NCBI RefSeq assembly: GCF_002113885.1
Contig: NW_018407733.1
Location: forward strand, 1,552,834 to 1,610,291
Origin: Mizuhopecten yessoensis
Taxonomy: Eukaryota
Length of the DNA stretch: 57,458 nt
Direction of reading: 5' to 3'
Part shown: piece by piece, positions 11,510 to 25,689 of the stretch
Layout of the letters: each line of letters opens with the position of its first letter
Position numbering within the stretch: position 1 is the stretch's first letter
The notes under the pieces: model-generated
What the model was told of the DNA's origin: nothing
Database searches by the model: none
The model's input: the letters and a program-made list of their open reading frames with translations, nothing else
Position numbers and translations under genes: made by a program

Positions 11510-14500
11510 TGCTATCTCATAGTTCACTCTGTCTCATTGTTCACACTGTCTCATTGTTCACCCTGTCTCATTGTTCACTCTGTCACATTGTTTACTCTGT
11601 CTCTTTGTTCTCTCTGTCTCATTGTTCACCCTGTCTCATTGTTCACTCTGTCTCATTGTTCACTCTGTCTCTTTGTTCACTCTGTCTCATTGTTCACTCT
11701 GTCACTTTGTTCACTCTGTCTCATTGTTCACTCTGTCTCTTTGTTCTCTCTGTCTCATTGTTCACCCTGTCTCATTGTTCACTCTGTCTCACTCCATCTC
11801 ATTGTTCACTCTGTCTAAGTCTGTCACATTATTCACTCTGTCTCAGTGTTTACACTGTCTCATTGTTCACTCTGTATCATTGTTCATTCTGTCTCTTTGT
11901 TCACTCTGTCTCATTGTTCACTCTGTCTCATTGTTCACTCTGTTTCATTGTTCACTCTGTCTCTTTGTTAACACTGTCTCATTGTTCACTCTGTCTCATT
12001 GTTCACTCTATCTCATTATTCGCTCTGTCTCATTATTCACTTTATCTCTTTGTTAACACTGTCTCATTGTTCACTCTGTCTCATTATTCACTCTGTCTCA
12101 TTGTTCACTCTGTCTCATTGTTCATTCTGCCTCATTGTTCACTCTGTCTAATTGTTTTCTCTATTTGATTGTTCACTCTGTCTCTTTGTTCACTCTGTCT
12201 CATTGTTCACTCTGTGACAGTGTTCACTCTGTCTCATTGTTCACCCTGTCTCATTGTTTACTCTATCTCATTGTTTACTCTATCTCATTGTTCACTCTGT
12301 CTCTTTGTTCACTCTGTCTCATTGTTCACTCTGTCTAATTGTTTTCTCTGTTTCATTGTTCACTCTGTCTCTTTGTTCACTCTGTCTCATTGTTCACTCT
12401 GTGACAGTGTTCACTCTGTCTCATTGTTCACCCTGTCTCATTGTTTACTCTATCTCATTGTTTACTCTATCTCATTGTTCACTCTGTCTCTTTGTTCACT
12501 CTGTCTCATTGTTCACTCTGTCTAATTGTTTTCTCTGTTTCATTGTTCACTCTGTCTCTTTGTTCACTCTGTCTCATTGTTCACTCTGTGACAGTGTTCA
12601 CTCTGTCTCATTGTTCACCCTGTCTCATTGTTTACTCTGTCTCATTGTTTACTCTATCTCATTGTTCACTCTGTCTCTTTGTTCACTCTGTCTCATTGTT
12701 CACTCTGTCTAATTGTTTTCTCTGTCTCATTGTTCACACTGTCTCTTTGTTCACTCTGTCTCATTGTTCACTCTATCTCATTGTTCACTCTATCTCATTG
12801 TTCACTCTATCTCATTGTTCACTCTGTCACATTGTCCACTCTGTCTCATTGTTCACTCTGTCTCATTGTTCACTCTGTCTCATTGTTCACTCTGTCTCAT
12901 TGTTCACTCTGTCTCATTGTTCACTCTGTCTCATTGTTCACTCTGTCTCATTGTTCACTCTGTCTCATTGTTCACTCTGTCTCATTGTTCACTCTGTCTC
13001 ATTGTTCACTCTGTCTCATTGTTCACTCTGTCTCATTGTTCACTCTGTCTCATTGTTCACTCTGTCTCATTGTTCACTCTGTCTCATTGTTCACTCTGTC
13101 TCATTGTTCACTCTGTCTCATTGTTCACTCTGTCTCATTGTTCACTCTGTCTCATTGTTCACTCTGTCTCATTGTTCACTCTGTCTCATTGTTCACTCTG
13201 TCTCATTGTTCACTCTGTCTCATTGTTCACTCTGTCTCATTGTTCACTCTGTCTCTTTGTTCACTCTGTCTCATTGTTCACTCTGTCTCATTGTTCACTC
13301 TTTCTCATTGTTCACTCTGTCGCTTTGTTCACTCTGTCTCATTGTTCCCTCTGTATCATTGTTCACTGTCTCTTTGTTCACTCTGTAACATTGTTCACTC
13401 TGTCTCATTGTTCACTCTGTCTCATTGTTCACTCTATCTCATTGTTCACTCTGTCTCTTTGTTCACTCTGTCTCATTGTTCCCTCTGTCTCATTGTTCAC
13501 TGTGTGTCTTTGTTCACCCTGTCTCTTTGTTCACTATGTCACATTGTTCACTGTCTCTTTGTTCACTCTGTCTCATTGTTCACTCTGTCTCTTTGTTCAC
13601 TCTGTCTCATTGTTCCCTCTGTCTCATTGTTCACTGTCTCTTTGTTCACTGTGTCTCATTGTTCACTCTGTCTCATTGTTCACTCTGTCTCATTGTTCAC
13701 TGTCTGTTTGTTCACTCTGTCTCATTGTTCACTCTATCTCATTGTTCACTCTGTCTCTTTGTTAACACTGTCTCATTGTTCACTCTGTCTCATTGTTCTC
13801 TCTATCTCATTGTTCACTCTATCTCATTGTTCACTCTGTCTCTTTGTTCACTTTGTAACATTGTTCACTCTGTCTCATTGTTCACTCTGTCTTTTTGTTC
13901 ACTCTGTAACATTGTTCACTCTGTCTCATTGTTCACTCTGTCTCTTTGTTTACTCTGTCTCATTGTTCACTCTGTCTCTTTGTTCACTTTGTCTCATTGT
14001 TCACTCTGTCTCTTTGTTCACTCTGTCACATTGTTCACTCTGTCTCATTGTTCACTCTGTCTCTTTGTTCACTCTGTAACATTGTTCACTCTGTCTCATT
14101 GTTCACTCTGTCACATTGTTCACTGTCTCTTTGTTCACTTTATCTCATTGTTCACTCTGTCTCATTGTTCACTGTCTCTTTGTTCAATCCGTCTCTTTGT
14201 TCACTCTGTCTCTTTGTTCACTCTGTCTCATTGTTCACTCTGTCTCTTTGTTCACTCTGTCTCATTGTTCACTTTATCTCATTGTTAACTCTATCTTTTG
14301 TTCACTCTGTCTCATTGTTCACTCTGTCTCATTGTTCACTCTGTCTCTTTGTTCACTCTGTCTCATTGTTCACTCTGTATCTTTGTTCACTCTGTCTCAT
14401 TGTTCACTCTGTCTCATTGTTCACTTTATCTCATTGTTAACTCTATCTTGTGTTCTCTTTGTCTCTTTGTTCACTCTATCTCATTATTCACTCTGTCTCA

Positions 14501-14670
14501 TTGTTCACTTTATCTCATTGTTAACTCTATCTTTTGTTCACTTTGTCTCTTTGTTCACTCTATCTCTTTGTTCACTCTGTCTCATTATTCACTCTGTCTC
14601 ATTGTCCACTATGTCTCTTTGTTCACTCTGTCGTATTGTTCACCCTGTCGTATTGTTCACTCTATCACTC
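11510..14670. repeat. 17-bp satellite (CTCTGTCTCATTGTTCA)n, ~3.1 kb, intronic
   Basis: Visible array with a homogeneous core at ~12840-13250; source of the spurious SLFTLSHC ORFs. Confidence 0.97.
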
Positions 14671-15539
14671 TATCCCACACTATCATTAGACAGAAATGTA
14701 TATCCTGTTACTGTAATCGTTGATTTCAGTGGATTATGGATTAAATTGTGAAATATAGTTTAAACTTTGTTTCATTTAAAAAGTGAACACGATCAATATA
14801 AACAGGTTTATTAGAGGGTTATGAAAACAAGATAAAAGTTCATGTTTAAGACAAAATCACGTGACGACACTGGATGTAATTTGAACAGCCCACCCCTTAC
14901 AAGTGAATCCGTAGTGTTTGTAACTGAACACATGTTTACCTAAGGGCTACCCGACGTTGTAGTGTCATAGCTTAATTATAAAGTTCGACATATACACACA
15001 ACATCAAATTAAACTATACGCTGCACTGTGCGCATTCTCCATTATACTGACATATTCCAGGGGTGTACAGAGCGAAAGTGAGTGTAACCCATAAATATCG
15101 AGAGTGGAACATACCGGGAACACACTGTCCATAGGCCGACCACAGTGCATGTTTTCCCGTTACAATTTTGTTTGTTTGTGTTTAACAGCCCATCGACAAC
15201 TGTGGTCATTTAGGGGCATGGGGATTTATGTATTGTTTGTTAAACAAACATGTGAGTAGCGAAGATAATATCAGATAAAAAAGAATATTTTTAAAAGCAT
15301 TCTTATGATATGTGTAAATAATTAAAATAAAAAGGGGGGCTAAAATAATCAGAGAAATAATGAATAAATTATATGGAATATGTGATTGTATATAAATAAC
15401 GTCAAAGAGGGCAAGGTGAGTTAAAAGAAATCCGAGTCTGGTGTCTTTCAAATAGTTAAATAATGCCATCGAGTCCACGGATCCAGTTACAACTCTAACC
15501 AATTAAATCACCAATAGCGATAGGAATAAGTTATATTAA

Positions 15540-16221
15540 CCTGGTTCGGGTACGTACTCTGTACTCTTACAATAATACGTAACCTATTACCTGTCAGGTA
15601 CGTACTCTGTACTCCTACAATAATACGTAACCTATCACCTGTCAGGTACGTACTCTGTACTCCTACAATATTACGTAACCTATCACCTGTCGGGTACGTA
15701 CTCTGTACTCCTACAATAATACGTAACCTATCATCTGTCGGGTACGTACTCTGTACTCCTACAATAATACTTAACCTATCACCTGTCAGGTACGTACTCT
15801 GTACTCCTACAATAATACATAACCTATCACCTGTCGGGTACGTACTTTGTACTCCTACAATAATACGTAACCTATCACTTGTCAGGTACGTACTCTGTAC
15901 TCCTACAATAATACGTAACCTATCATCTGTCGGGTACGTACTCTGTACTCCTACAATAATACGTAACCTATCCCCTGTCAGGTACGTACTCTGTACTCCT
16001 ACAATAATACGTAACCTACCACCTGTCAGGTACGTACTCTGTACTCCTACAATATTACGTAACCTATCACCTGTCGGGTACGTACTCTGTACTCCTACAA
16101 TAATACGTAACCTATCACCTGTCAGGTACGTACTCTGTACTCCTACAATATTACGTAAACTATCACTTGTCAGGTACGTACTCTGTACTCCTACAATAAT
16201 ACGTAACCTATCACCTGTCAG
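15540..16221. repeat. 48-bp minisatellite (GTACGTACTCTGTACTCCTACAATAATACGTAACCTATCACCTGTCAG), ~14 copies
   Basis: Visible array; 16-aa periodicity in ORF 15508-16440. Confidence 0.95.
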
Positions 16222-16899
16222 ACCCAACAGCATGCACGAAAGGGTTTGAGTTTTGAAAGTATTTCGTAAGTAAAGCAATATTCCGCTCCAACCAACTGAG
16301 CTATACCGGCCAATGCAACTTTCTTGTCCAAACTTTGCAACATTTATAGCCGAAACGAAATTAAGGGAGGCTTTGCATACGTGATTTAAATGTAAGTATT
16401 TCCTAATAATAGCGGTCTCGAAGCGTATCGTTTTATACATTACTGAAAGATAAAAAAAAAATACCTTGTCTGAAATAAGTTACTTTTATTCGCATTGCAT
16501 CTTGATTGGAGTCCGTTATGCCTCGCTGAACCTGGTTAAGGAGAAATCACGTTCCGCATGACCTAGGTACATTTATACACCAGTGGTATGTGGTAGGAGG
16601 ACGGACGCCGGTCTCGTGACCGTCTTGGATAAAGGATAGGTTCATGCTATATTTTAGAATCAGAATAAAATCACCAATGCGTGCAAACACAGTGAGATGT
16701 AATTGTGCGTTTAAATTTAGCGACGTGTTACATAGATCTGTAAAACATGGGTCTCTCACGAATATCCGGTTCATTGATCGTATATATGTAGACCATGGTC
16801 ACCTTTCCTTTCTCTACAGGTTCTCAAGTTTTATTTTACACTCATGACACACGAGATGTGTTACAAGAGTTCAACATTTGAATAAATTTCAATTACATA

Positions 16900-17790
16900 G
16901 CAAAGTGAGTACAGATTGTGTATTCAACATGTAAATATATAATACTACAGAATAATAGCACTGCATTTATCTTATGTCACTTAAAGCCTAAATTGTTTTC
17001 TCTAGAAAACGACTTATTTTAGGTAAAACATGTAAATTACAAAAAGAAATCATTCCTTTTAGCTTAAAATTGCTTGGGTTTGTAGTGTAATAATCATGGA
17101 TATATATTTTTCTTATTGATGATATATAAATATTTTGGCATTTAAACAAATAATGTGGTTCATCACCTAAACCTGTTTGACATAAAGGGCATATTCTATC
17201 TGATTTTGGAGTTGCATTCCAGCGTCCAGTCTCTATTGGGAAACTTAGATTAGACGTGCGGAATTTACAAATAATTTTTCCTATCTTTTTCATTAAGTTT
17301 TGTTAAATATGATTCATACTGAAAGTTTGTCTTAAATATGGAGTAGAATTTACCACGAGAAGATTTTTCTATCTCTTGGAACCATTTCTGTATAAATTGA
17401 TCTTTTAACCGCTGTTTAACTACAGATTTGAAATGATTTCTATTCATAGTACAAGTATTTTGAAAAATCCACAAATTGCTAAAACCTAACTTGTTTCATA
17501 TATATTTTTTATGTAATTATTCCATTTAAAATCCGTTTGTTCATTTGATTGTGAAACATATGTCATTTTGTATATCAGACGAGATATTTTGCTCCCGCCA
17601 GTTAACAAACTTAAACCAGAACATGATCATTCTTGGCTTGATTTCTACTTCCAGAGGATATCTCCCGGTTTCTCCATAAATCATGTAATTCGAAGTAGAA
17701 CTTTCCACATTCATGATTCTTTTACAAAATTGCAAATGCATTCTTTCTATGGTAATAGTGTTATCGAATCCCCATATCTCACAAGCATAT
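16900..17790 (-). mobile_element. 3' fragment of a non-LTR retrotransposon ORF2
   Basis: HLQFCKRIM...MIYGETGRYPL, QRLKDQFIQKW, KFRTSNLSFPIETGRW...RICPLC...GDEPHYLFKC across frameshifted ORFs. Confidence 0.85.
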
Positions 17791-19424
17791 ACATGTACAA
17801 TAGGATCGGTGAAACAAGAGGACTGTGAGTTTAAAAAACGCTGTCAGAATGCTGATTATCTATCAGCAACACAACTACACGTTCGACCTACACGTGTACT
17901 TTCGGTCACGGGTGTGCTACTGGGGCACGACGCCATCTTCAACCTTCTGTGACCCTTCCCAAATGATGGGTTCAACTGCTTGTCATGCTGAAAAATCGTG
18001 ATTACTGCACACTCTATTGAATTTACTTATTTCGAACAAACAAACGACCACCCAGGAAAGCAGTTTTCCCTTCACACAGTATCTATTATGCGTATAGAAC
18101 ACTTAACCAAATACGGAAGTAAAATAATTGTTATCATTTGGATTAAACTTTTTGTAAGGTTAGTAAATCGCGATCACAACCAGGAAAAGAGTTGAACTCT
18201 TAAAAAAGTCTCTATTTCATTTAAAAAACAAATGGATTAACAACAGGCAAAGCCTATATAAGTCCTCTCCAATAGGTACCACATATATACACCAAAGTGA
18301 ATAAAGTAAATAATAGATATCATAGACAGTAGTATATATATAAAGAGAAACAGATTTTAGAATGAAAGCATTGATGGTAGAGTTACACAAACATTCAGAG
18401 AGTAAAATGATTACTTTGGGCAATGTATAATAATTAAACATGTAAAAATCTACTGAAGCTTATACAGAATTGCATACCCACATGCCTACATGTCACACAC
18501 CCTCACACATACAACACACATATATATAAGATGTGTACTCAGCCTTAGTAAGTCATATTTGCTAAAATGGCATACACATGTTTAAAATACCTTCTTATGA
18601 AATATACCGATTAAAATTTTGCTGAAATTCACTCCCTAAGAGTAAAAATTATAATTATATTAAAGAAATCCTAAATAGTCACCTGACAGTCTAAAACTCT
18701 CAATTGCCCCAGATCAGTGATGTAATTTTACCGCACGCGCGTCATCAACAAGGCCAAATGTAAACATCGCGGCGAAAGAAAAAGATGCATGCAAAAGCCA
18801 TGACAGGCACGAGGTATCAATACCGTTTATATAACAACAACATATAGGTAGGAATACTACACTTGCATCATACATGACCTTTGAAAACAATTATTTACGT
18901 ATAGTATTGCTGTCTTGTCCGCTAGTTGAGTCCGACATGGCACATGACGGCGTGCTATTGTTGTTATCTTCACTGCCTCACTTTCGAAACAACCACGTGA
19001 CATATATAAATAGATCTGCGCTAAATGTACGCGGGGCTTCCCCGAGATTTCAATGGTCAAAACTGGACATTGCAAGCAGAACTCGACCATCATATTGCCG
19101 TGGTATAACTTTTGGAAGGCCAGAGAACACATTTAGACCCATTTATTTTGTAATTTGTTCCCCGACCAGCCCCTTTAAGACAAGTAAAAACATAGTGATA
19201 GCATTTTCACTAGGTGGAACCACAGGCACAAACTGGATCAGGGATAAGATGATCTGTAAAGCATCATTTCTTAATTGGCACAAAATAATTTTTAATTTTC
19301 GTGGGTTACAATTTTTAAAAGTATCAGAAATAGCTTCAATATGATTAGCTATAGTATTTTTAAGATTCTTTTTGAAGGAATTAAGGCTAACTAACCTGGT
19401 CGGCGAAGGAATATTGCATGGTAG

Positions 19425-20430
19425 TAGACATTTCTCATTTTGAGGCAGACCTACCACGGAGCCAGAGACGGACACTGAAAGTAGTAAAATCAGGGAACAT
19501 CTCAACATTATTTATTATCTAATCTGTATTAAGGATTCCTGTCCCCTGCTTGCGACAAAACACTAAAGAGTTATATTTTAATGTTCCTTACCTACAGGTG
19601 CATCCCCTGATTTTCATTACATGTACAACTGATAAAATCCCCTTGGCTGATATCACCTTACTGGGTTTGTTTTGCAGGGTTTTTTAAGATTAAAAATACA
19701 TGTATTTAAATATTTTGGTTGTGTTGCATGGAGAAAATTCCATGAAAGCTGTCGATTTAAACTAAGTCGAAAATAGCAGAAAACAAGATAATAAACAAGA
19801 ACATATATGTCAATACAGAAAACCACTCCTTTCATGGCTAATAGTTTAAACAGATGACAGAATAATAAAGGTCGCTTCGCCGCCTTCATGTCCTTTTGTT
19901 CAACCACCTCTCTACAAAAATGCAAAGGAATGAAGTGACGAATATGTGCGGATAGCACCTTCAGCTTAACGCTATTATAAAAAGACACCGTGTAAGCGTT
20001 AAACATTTCTTTCGTAATATGGAGAAGTTTGTGGATGGTAAATTTAATCCACAAATGTATATGTGATCTCTGTCACTCTGGTAAAATACAAACTTTTTTC
20101 CAACTGATTATTTTGGCTCGGGTAATATTTTTTAATTCATTCGGCGTCAGAAAAATATAATCGACGTCCCGGGTGAGATCCTGCCGCATTGAGCCGCGAA
20201 AAAGACGAAAACGACTGTGGTCACCGGTTATATACTTTTTTATCTGTGTCTCCATACGATGTTACCTGTTCGCTTACCTGTAGTCAGGTACGTGGGCGTC
20301 TATACACTCTGACATACCCTCTACGCTACGTTCCATATAAAATTGATTTTTAAATGACCCCTGTATTTACCTGTCTAGGTCTCTGTCTCCACGCTCCGTG
20401 CTAGGTATACCCCAAAATGAGAAAGGTCTA
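19425..20430. mobile_element. ~1.0-kb non-autonomous DNA transposon with ~50-bp imperfect TIRs starting TAGAC (possibly Academ-type)
   Basis: Left TAGACATTTCTCATTTTGAGGCAGACCTACCACGGAGC vs revcomp of right TAGACCTTTCTCATTTTGGGGTATACCTAGCACGGAGC; flanks TAG / TAA. Confidence 0.8.
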
Positions 20431-20454
20431 TAAGGCAAGAAGCTTGTATTATAA

Positions 20455-22760
20455 ATACTATTTCTTGACCTTGGTATATTGGAAAGACCTGTGGTGTCGC
20501 AGGTAATGAATATTTTGCTGATGATTAATGAATAGTTCAATGATATTAAACAAATAATCAGGGGTTAAATTATTTATAATTGTATACATTTCCATGCCAG
20601 TTTCTTGATATAGTCTACAATGTGAAGTATCACTTCTTAAACCAGTTATAATCTTCATTGCATCAATCTGTACAGATTCTGATAAATTTGATTCTTCGAA
20701 AATTGGTCTAACAAATGAGTAGTATAATGTTTAAAGAGTGTTCCTATCCACTTTATGTTTCTATATAAGTAACAAATTCAGCCGTTTACATGCTTTATTG
20801 TATATATCATTAATATGATCTCCCCATGTGCCTTTTTAATAAAATATAAGTCCTAAATGTTTATGAAATATGTTATCTTGAATTACTTGATTATCAAAAA
20901 TCAACAGTGGGTGAACCCTGTTTTTCTTACTTACAGTTAGTGCAACTGTTTTACAAACAGACTGCTGTTGATTAATTTATCTAAAATACCTGTGATGTTG
21001 ACTTAAATTTTTGGAAAATAGTATGAAAAGGCTACATGTTTTCTATAAATCAAAGACTTATTAGAATTAAAATCAATTTCGGATATTTTAGCCCAAGTAT
21101 TAATAGATTCAAGGTCGTCATTCAACTCAGCAGTTGGAGTTGCAATATCATCATCAACAATAACATAGAGAGAGGAATCATCAGCAAACAACTTTATATT
21201 GGTATTTATTTCATCAGTTATCATTAATAAAAAGTAAGAATAAGAAAGGTCCAAGTACAGAGCCTTGTGGAACACCAGCAGTTATATGTTTAAATGCAGA
21301 ATTATAACCATCAAAGATAATTCTTTGTTTTCTATCAGTAAGATAACTTTCAAACCATTTATACAAATTACCAGATATTCCATATTTTTGTTAACCTATT
21401 CAAAAGACCCTTATGCCAGGGTCTGGCATAATGGTCTTTTGAATAGGACCAACAGTCAAAAGCTTTACTTATATCACAAAACACTAATCGTGCATCCTTA
21501 CCTTTATCAATGTTGGTCATAATCAAACTATATATTAAATATATGTTTACCGTGCCTAAATCCAGATTGATGGGGGGATAGGAGGGAGTGAGTGTGCAAA
21601 AGATTATAGACATATTTGAAGACACATCTTTCCATTAATTTTCCAACGATCGATAGCAGTGTTATACATGTAGGCCTGTAGTTAGTTAATATAGACTTGT
21701 TATCTTTTTTTATGCACGGGGTGACGTTAGCAAACTTTCATTCAGATGGGAATACTCCAAATATAATTGACCTGTTAAAGAGATTACTTATGATGTGATT
21801 TACCAGGTCAGGACCAATGGCCTTAGAACATTCATTGGTAAGAATAGCATCTCTGACATCATTAAAAGATCAGATAAAAGGAATTATTACATTCGTCGTT
21901 AATGTTAGGGATATTAACACTGGAGTCATCAACTGAAGACTGGACACAAAAGAAGTCATTAAATAATCAAGCTTTCTCAAGGTCAACGCTATTTTTATGA
22001 AGCAATGGTGCCGTGGTATACAAATTTTACCAGAGTAAGGTAATAGTTGCTTTACAGTTTTCCACCATCGTTTAGCACTAATGTTAGAAGGTTTGCGAAG
22101 TTCGCTACATAAATTAGAAAAGTATGTTAATTTGGCGTGCTTGATTGTGTTAACACATTTGTTACGAAGTCGACAAAACTTTGCCCAGTGAGCTTACGTT
22201 TACGAGTTAATCTCCTTAATTCGTTTGATAGCCAAGGCGGTTCATTAGATCTGATGGTTATTTCTTTATTCGGAATACAAGATTTAGCAATAGTAAGTAA
22301 AATATCTAAGAAATGTTTGACAACATCATTAATATCATCGAAATCACTCAACAAATTCCAGTTAACTGAGCTTAGTTTTTCCCTAAATAAATCGTAATTT
22401 CTTAGGTCAAAAAGCCAAACGTTTCGCTTAAACACCTACTGCACTGGCTTTGAAATATCATAAGAACAGTAAATTGGACAATGATATCTAACCGGTTGGT
22501 CAAGGAAGCTTTCTCCAACATAACATTTATGAATAAGGTTATTACTGCTAGTACAGACTATATCTAACAATGACTCAGAGGCTTCTGTATAAAAAGTTGG
22601 TGATTTAACAAGCTGAGTTTGATTAAAGGAAACAAGTATATCGCTTAAGTTGGCGGATGATGGTCTACTAGGGCATTTGCTTTATAGTCGCCGTTATCAC
22701 AATATGAGAAATACCTGTATTATACGCTTTTCCTATAGAATGCGAGTTATGGGACCATAT
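20455..22760 (-). mobile_element. Decayed CR1-group LINE ORF2 (reverse transcriptase region)
   Basis: VFCDISKAFD, NIKLFADD and CIPNKEITIRSNEPPWL motifs in fragmented minus-strand ORFs. Confidence 0.85.
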
Positions 22761-22869
22761 GCATTATGCATTATATATTGACATCAGTTGGTTGACTGTA
22801 GAGTCTCTAGGTTGAATTCCAGACTGGTGCTCACTGATAATATGGTGTTTGGTTACATAATTAAAGACA

Positions 22870-24440
22870 TACTAAAAAATTGTTTTTTCTAATATTTTAT
22901 TTCAAATGGGTGTAATTGCAATCGGTCTATAATTATTTGGATCACCAATAGCTCATTTACCTTTATATAGAGCATTAACTTTAGCAGAGGAATACTATCA
23001 TTAGTAACTGTTTTAGTAAAGAGAATTTTAAGTGGTAAAAATTATAGAAGGTAGAAGATTTTTTATTATTTGAGGAGAAACATTGTCGGGCCCAGGAGGT
23101 TTATTATCCCTAATTAGCTGGACTTGCTCAATTATGTCTTGAGCTGATATTATAATTTCACTAAGGTTGATATGACGAAGGACAGGTAAATCCATATCAG
23201 AATTGTTAATATTATTAGTATCATCAACCGAGTTAGAAATAGAAGTAATTACATTATTAATAGCTTCTGCTTTATCCAACGGATGAATCAAAATATCATT
23301 ACCAACTTTAAGAGGATGAGAAGGTTCTTTTTTATTGGAAAGACCACTTATGGACTTAGCAATACGCCACCACTTACTAGGTGGTATGGTCTTACCTACA
23401 AGAGAGTTTTGAAGTTTCCTTAGATATGTATCTTTAGCTTTTCTAATAAGGTCAGTTACACTATTTCTCAAAATTCTAAAAGTATGCCAGTTATTTACTT
23501 TATTAGTATGTTTTGTTATTTTATGTAATCTATTCTTTTTCCTTTACTGGGTTCTTATTTCATTAGTCATCCATGATTTATCATTTGGCTTTACTCTTAT
23601 TACTTTACATGGAATATACTTTTCGGTAAGCAAGTTTATTTGATTTATAAGTATACTATTTATCTCATTTACATTATTATTATGTCCAATTAATGTATTC
23701 CAATCAATTGCTAGAAGACATCTATTTATTTCATTTCAGTTACATTGTAGCTTCACTAAATTTAAAAACGTCTTTTACAAATGATTTCACTTTTAATACT
23801 TTGAAACATAAATTCATAACAATAGGACAGTGGCCACTACATAGCGGTGATAGGACTTCTGAACACTGCACTATGTTTACAATATGTTAACATAGAATAT
23901 GTCAATACCAGTTGCTGTTGTATTAGTTATTCTTGTAGGACATTGAATGATATTTTTTAGCTGAAACTTAGTTAAAATTCTTGCAAGATGTGTGTTAGAA
24001 GAAAGAGAAAGCATATCCTGGTTAATATCACCAGTAATAATAGCATTACAGGTTACATTAGTCAGTGTATCAATTAAGTTATCCAATTTATTCCAGTAAG
24101 CAACATTTGAGTTTGGAAGTCTGTAAATACAAATGTACAACAAAGAAAACACATTTTGTTAGATGATCTAATTTCTAAGACAATATTTTCCAAATTAACT
24201 GATTCAAGATCAAATCTTCTTGTAGCATGAATATTATCTTTGGTATATATCATGACACCTCCACATTGCCTTTCCTTCCTATCATTTCTAAAGAAAGTAA
24301 GATGTGACTCTAATTTGAGATCAGTATCATTGACAGAATCATCTAGATGAGTTTCAGAAAAGCAGAGAATGTCATTTTCAACAAATTCACTTTCAACAAG
24401 TTCAAGCTTATTACGCAAAGAACGAACATTAATATGAAGA
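22870..24440 (-). mobile_element. Second decayed CR1-group LINE ORF2 (APE endonuclease and linker)
   Basis: DILCFSETHL, RNDR...GGVMIY, IYRLPNS, IITGDIN, PTRITNTTATGID and KPPGPDNV motifs. Confidence 0.85.
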
Positions 24441-25367
24441 ATCGATATATTGCTTAATTCATATTTATCTTGACAACTAAAAGTTTACCGAGCTTAAACA
24501 TCTACCTGAATATAAATAACATAAACAAGGCCAACTAATAAAATAAAAATAGTAATAAAATTACAAAACAACAACAAATAAACCAACAAATAACAATAAT
24601 GAAAACCATAAGACGACCAATGATATATCATATCATTCAAGAGTCAAAAATTATAGGGTAATTGATATTTACACGTAAGTGAAATCAACAATTTGAATAG
24701 CACCAATGTCAGTTTTCATATATTTATGTAAATTAGGTACTGATAAACTATTTGTCAGTTGAAACAGGGAAGGAAGAGCTGATATCTTTAATCCCTTGGA
24801 TGTTTAATCAAACTATCAAATTAAATCGAATATATAAAGTAGTGTATAGAGTTGTTACAAACTAACAATGAATAGTTGTATAGAGTATGTTGACCGTTTG
24901 ATCCATAGACAAGGGTTATATATATATATATAGCATCAACAAATTGACTCGGAACTACATGACAACAATTAGTCTCTATTTTACGTAATCCTAGTCTAAT
25001 ACGGAAGTAAAATTTGACATTATCGTTTGGTTAAGGCCGCCTGATGGAAGGGCTACAACATTTTTGTACATGTTTAACTTTGATCTGAGGTGTAAACAAG
25101 TAAACGAAAGATGCAGTTCCTATATACAATAACTACTTGATCACATGATTTTCAGCAATATATTTTATGACGAATTTATTGATTGATTAATGCATATCAA
25201 TAAATCAAGGATGATTTAAGCATATTTCTTTTACATAATAAACATACCGGAAACAATTTTTGAATACAATTGTATATTGTTTTCTGGATTACCTTCAGAT
25301 CATAATAGAAGGCCTTATTTTATTTTTAAATATAGATATCTAATGTATTCCATCTTTTTGATTCCAG

Positions 25368-25689
25368 TGCGGAGCTGATACCCATAGTATTAGGAGCCAG
25401 GAAGGAAGACTACGCCCAAGTATTACCTAAACATTCTTACATCCATGTGGAAGACTTCGAGTCCCCTCAAATGCTAGGCGAATATTTAAATCTGTTGGAC
25501 AAAAATGACACCTTATATAATGAATATTTCAAATGGAAAGAGACAGGAGATAAAATCATCGATGATTTGAATTGGTGCAGAGTCTGTACACTTCTCCATG
25601 AAACGTCACTTCCGGTCATGTGGTATGAGGACATCCAACATTGGTGGAAGCCAGATGGAGCCTGCAATGGTGCTAAAAAATGGGATTAA
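25368..25689 (+). CDS. Fucosyltransferase gene A1, coding exon 2 (spliced protein 475 aa)
   Basis: AG at 25366-25367; IPIVLGARKEDY...PKHSYIHVEDFESP..LGEYL..LDKNDTLYNEYFKWK...WCRVC; TAA at 25687-25689. Confidence 0.92.

Larger units (their letters stand above)
10687..25367 (+). other. Phase-2 intron of gene A1 (14,681 bp, expanded by repeats)
   Basis: GTAAGT...catctttttgattccAG; splicing GA|T gives in-frame VMNAY-D-AELIPIVLG. Confidence 0.85.

Noticed and set aside
11479-14751. Long Cys/His/Ser/Leu-rich ORFs (up to 483 aa) and their counterparts at 46676-47673
   Set aside because: Translations of a stop-free 17-bp satellite that is open in all three frames, inside an intron
15508-16440. 310-aa ORF with 16-aa repeats
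   Set aside because: Read-through of a 48-bp minisatellite; no coding context
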